Below are positions 60,925 through 64,000 of a stretch of 64,000 bases of DNA, piece by piece. The stretch is from the human T2T-CHM13v2.0 reference genome, Homo sapiens, in assembly GCF_009914755.1 (NCBI RefSeq), contig NC_060928.1. One strand, 5' to 3'. The notes beneath the pieces are model-generated. The model saw only the letters and a program-made list of their open reading frames with translations. It did no database searches and was not told the DNA's origin. The position numbers and the translations under genes were made by a program. Within the stretch, counting starts at the first letter, position 1, and every line of letters starts with the position of its first letter.

Positions 60925-61861
60925 ATGAGTCACAGCAAATTAACATTAGCTGCTATAAAGAACAACCCTAATTAAAGTGGTTTAACATGTGCAAAAAGAA
61001 AATAAAGATTTTAAAAAAGTTTATTTTGTGTTTTTTTAAATTATACTTTAAGTTTTAGGGTACATGTGCACAACATGCAGGTTTGTTACATATGTATACA
61101 TGTGCCATATTGGTGTGCTGCACCCATTAACTCGTCATTTAACATTAGGTATATCTCCTAATGCTGTCCCTCCCCCCTCCCCCCACCCCACAACAGGCCC
61201 CGGTGTGTGATGTTCCCCTTCCTGTGTCCATGTGTTCTCATTGTTCAATTCCCACCTGTGAGTGAGAACATGTGGTGTTTGGTTTTTTGTCCTTGCGATA
61301 GTTTGCTGAGAATGATGGTTTCCAGCTTCATCCACGTCTCTACAAAGGACATGAACTCACCATTTTTTATGGCTGCATAGTATTCCATGGTGTATATGTG
61401 CCACATTTTCTTAATCCAGTCTATCATTGATGGACATTTGGGTTGGTTCCAAGTCTTTGCTATTGTGAATAGTGCCGTAATAAACATACGTGTGCATGTG
61501 TCTTTTTTGACACAGTTCCGTGTAGGTCAGGCCCTCTCCTGAGAAACATTCCTTGAGAGAAAGACTCAGGAGCCAGCCTCTTTCCACTGTGTTCCTTTTA
61601 GTTATCTTGGAGCTCTGATTTTTCCAGTTACATAGAGGAAAGAGAGAAGATGTGCACAAGAGTGCATGAATGGAGATCACGTAGGTTGTTTGAGAGGCCA
61701 GATCTCTAGGGAGTATACATTACTTTTACTCTCATTTTGTTGGCCAGAGCTCAGTTCATGTAGCCTCAAACTTACTGAAATGGTGATTGTGAAACGTGGC
61801 TTTTCTGCATGTCTAAGAAGAGGAAGTAGGATTGTTGAGTATCCAGCAAGCGTCTGGCACA
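60925..61861 (-). mobile_element. Old MLT1 (J/K-like) LTR split by an L1PA insertion
   Basis: TAGCTGCTATAAAGAACAACCC..AGTGGTTTAAC on the left; CATTTTGTTGGCCAGAGCTCAGT...TCTGGCACA on the right. Confidence 0.55.
61020..61505 (-). mobile_element. L1PA (PA3-5-like) 3' end
   Basis: TTATACTTTAAGTTTTAGGGTACATGTGCACAAC...; ORF 61245-61487 MFITALFTIAKTWNQPKCPS.IDWIKKMW is the ORF2 C-terminus. Confidence 0.95.
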
Positions 61862-62139
61862 CTATCTTCTGTGAGACAAATAAGAATTTTCCCACTTTGC
61901 CAAAACATGCTATAAAAGCTCCTGGTAAACTGACCAGCAGCCTTCTTATTGTTTCTAGTCAGCAAAAAAACTGGAGGCTCAGTTAAGTCAAATCTAGTTG
62001 TTCTTTTAAGTTTCAGCACACCTAGGGCTCCGAGGCCAATCCCGTTTCTTCTTAAGTTAATTTTAGAAATCTAGGTCACTAAATAAGTTATCAGCAAGAA
62101 GTCAAGTTTTCTTATACTACTGCTGTGATCCTGTGACCC

Positions 62140-62325
62140 AGTTTAAAATGGTTGGCCCTGGAGACAGACTGCCTGGTTTGCCTTCTGGATTGCTATCTAT
62201 GTGCCTTTGGGCAAGTTACCTCATTTTCCTTTTCTGTAAAATTGGAATAATGTTACACTTAACTTGCTGGGGCTTTATAAGAAATAAATTTGAAACTCTG
62301 TAAAAAGCAGCACAATGCCTAGTTT
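62140..62325 (+). mobile_element. MIR SINE
   Basis: CAGACTGCCTGG...CTTTGGGCAAGTTACCTCA..TCTGTAAAATTGGAATAAT. Confidence 0.75.
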
Positions 62326-62332
62326 CCAAGCT

Positions 62333-62352
62333 ATTATTATCATCATTATCAA

Positions 62353-62395
<43 letters not shown>

Positions 62396-62405
62396 GTCAT
62401 CATCA
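62333..62405 (+). repeat. (CAT)n trinucleotide microsatellite
   Basis: 14 uninterrupted CAT units at 62353-62394 within a longer imperfect tract. Confidence 0.95.
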
Positions 62406-63485
62406 GTATTTGCCAATGTTGGATCACACTATAATGGGGCACATGTCATATTTCCCCAGAGCCTGAATGACTATCAATATTTATCTTTGAGTATGTCCAG
62501 GGAAAGTTGCTCTCTAGCTTTGGGCGAGAGGGCAGGCAAGGGAGGTGGTCTAGAGAGTGAGGCCAAGAGTGAAGTGGTAACAAATAGAGTCTCCCAAAAT
62601 AAAAAATCTTGAGCTGCTTAAGGCAAAAGTCAATAGACAAGAGTGGATCAACAGAAGATATTCCAGGAAAAATCCAGTACTCATAATTAGGCTCCAACAT
62701 ACAAAGACTCACTGCTGAGCCTGTGTGCATCAGGATTGAACGGACTCACAAGAAAGACAACCTGTGGCCAAGTTAGGTCAGGTATCCAGAGATATATGAA
62801 CACCATGACTCTGTTCCAGTAGTGTGTGAGTGGATAGAACAAACAAACAAACAAACAAAATAGAGAAGAGTAGTTAGTAGGAGGGCTAAAAGCAAGTAGA
62901 AAGAAAATACTTATACAAGATTCAAAATGATTTTGTCGAAGCTGCTTTTTATTCATATTTGATGTGCTGGGCTGTCACTTTTGCAAGTCTCTACTTTGCC
63001 ATTCCATTTCTTCAAGAATTGCATCCTGCCATGCCCTTATCAGTAATCATACCTTTCCACCTCAGCCTGGGAGATGATTGCCCTCTAAAACTGCCACATC
63101 TCTCCTGGGTCTGTTATCTTCCCGGACCTTGGCTTGTTGCCATTTTAAATCCATCACTTCTTGGTTCCAATCATACAGTGGTTCACCTATTTGATTATGT
63201 ACAATAATTTCTTTCCAGTACCTGCTTTTTGACCCTTGAAAAGGCTACTGGTTTATCAGATCCTAGACTTTCAGGGCCGGGCTAGTGTTATTACCATTCA
63301 AGTTCTTATCTTGCCTCTGCTTAAATTTGGAAAATCCTCTCTCTAAGGAAGACACGTCATATAGATTTAGCCACAAGAACTCAATCAATAGGAGAAATTT
63401 TTCTTTATTGAAGCTTGTTAGATTTTGTTTTAATTTGGGTTGAAGTTTCTTTTAAATGCTCTGGCATCTTCAAAAATAAATATTA

Positions 63486-63530
63486 TTAGTTTGGCGCAAA
63501 AGTAATTGCAGTTTTGTTATTACTTTTAAT
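63486..63530. mobile_element. Half MADE1 (Hsmar1 MITE)
   Basis: TTAGTTTGGCGCAAAAGTAATTGCAGTTTTG.TATTACTTTTAAT resembles one TIR plus spacer of MADE1. Confidence 0.8.
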
Positions 63531-63652
63531 ATATTTTCCTTTAAATTAAAGACAATTGTATTTATGCATAGATATATTGCTGGTAAATGTAAAAATTAGT
63601 ATTACCCCCAAAGACAACAATTTGGCATTATCTATCAAAATTAAAAATTTCA

Positions 63653-63974
<322 letters not shown>

Positions 63975-64000
63975 TCACTTTTAGAAATTTTCCCTAAAGA

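Noticed and set aside
62216-62416. Poly-Asp ORF
   Set aside because: Antisense translation of the (CAT)n microsatellite plus MIR.

Overview
Primate (most likely human) AT-rich, repeat-dense non-coding DNA; I find no recognisable protein-coding gene. Roughly three quarters of the window is transposon-derived: nested L1s of several ages (old L1M/L1MC, L1MA, a near full-length L1PB, two L1PA15-16-type, three short L1PA 3' ends), eight Alus, LTRs (MLT1, MLT2, THE1, MER4-group), DNA transposons (Tigger1, MER44B, Charlie1, MER3, MER20, half MADE1), MIR/L2 and microsatellites. Nearly all ORFs in the supplied track are repeat artefacts. The most interesting items are: a tailless retrocopy of a 5' half of tRNA-Gly(CCC) with a 17-bp TSD (47804-47879); a TSD-flanked ~1.87-kb mRNA 3'UTR retrocopy, probably HNRNPA3, inside the L1PB (40918-42788); a 51-bp-arm fold-back with templated patchwork (48356-48504); a recent 247-bp tandem triplication (46801-47534); a twin-primed inverted L1; and candidate minus-strand spliced exons in the unique 9.6-22 kb region. 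I see no evidence for a wholly new biological system. Subfamily names are recalled from consensus sequences, not from a database search, and boundaries of old repeats are approximate.
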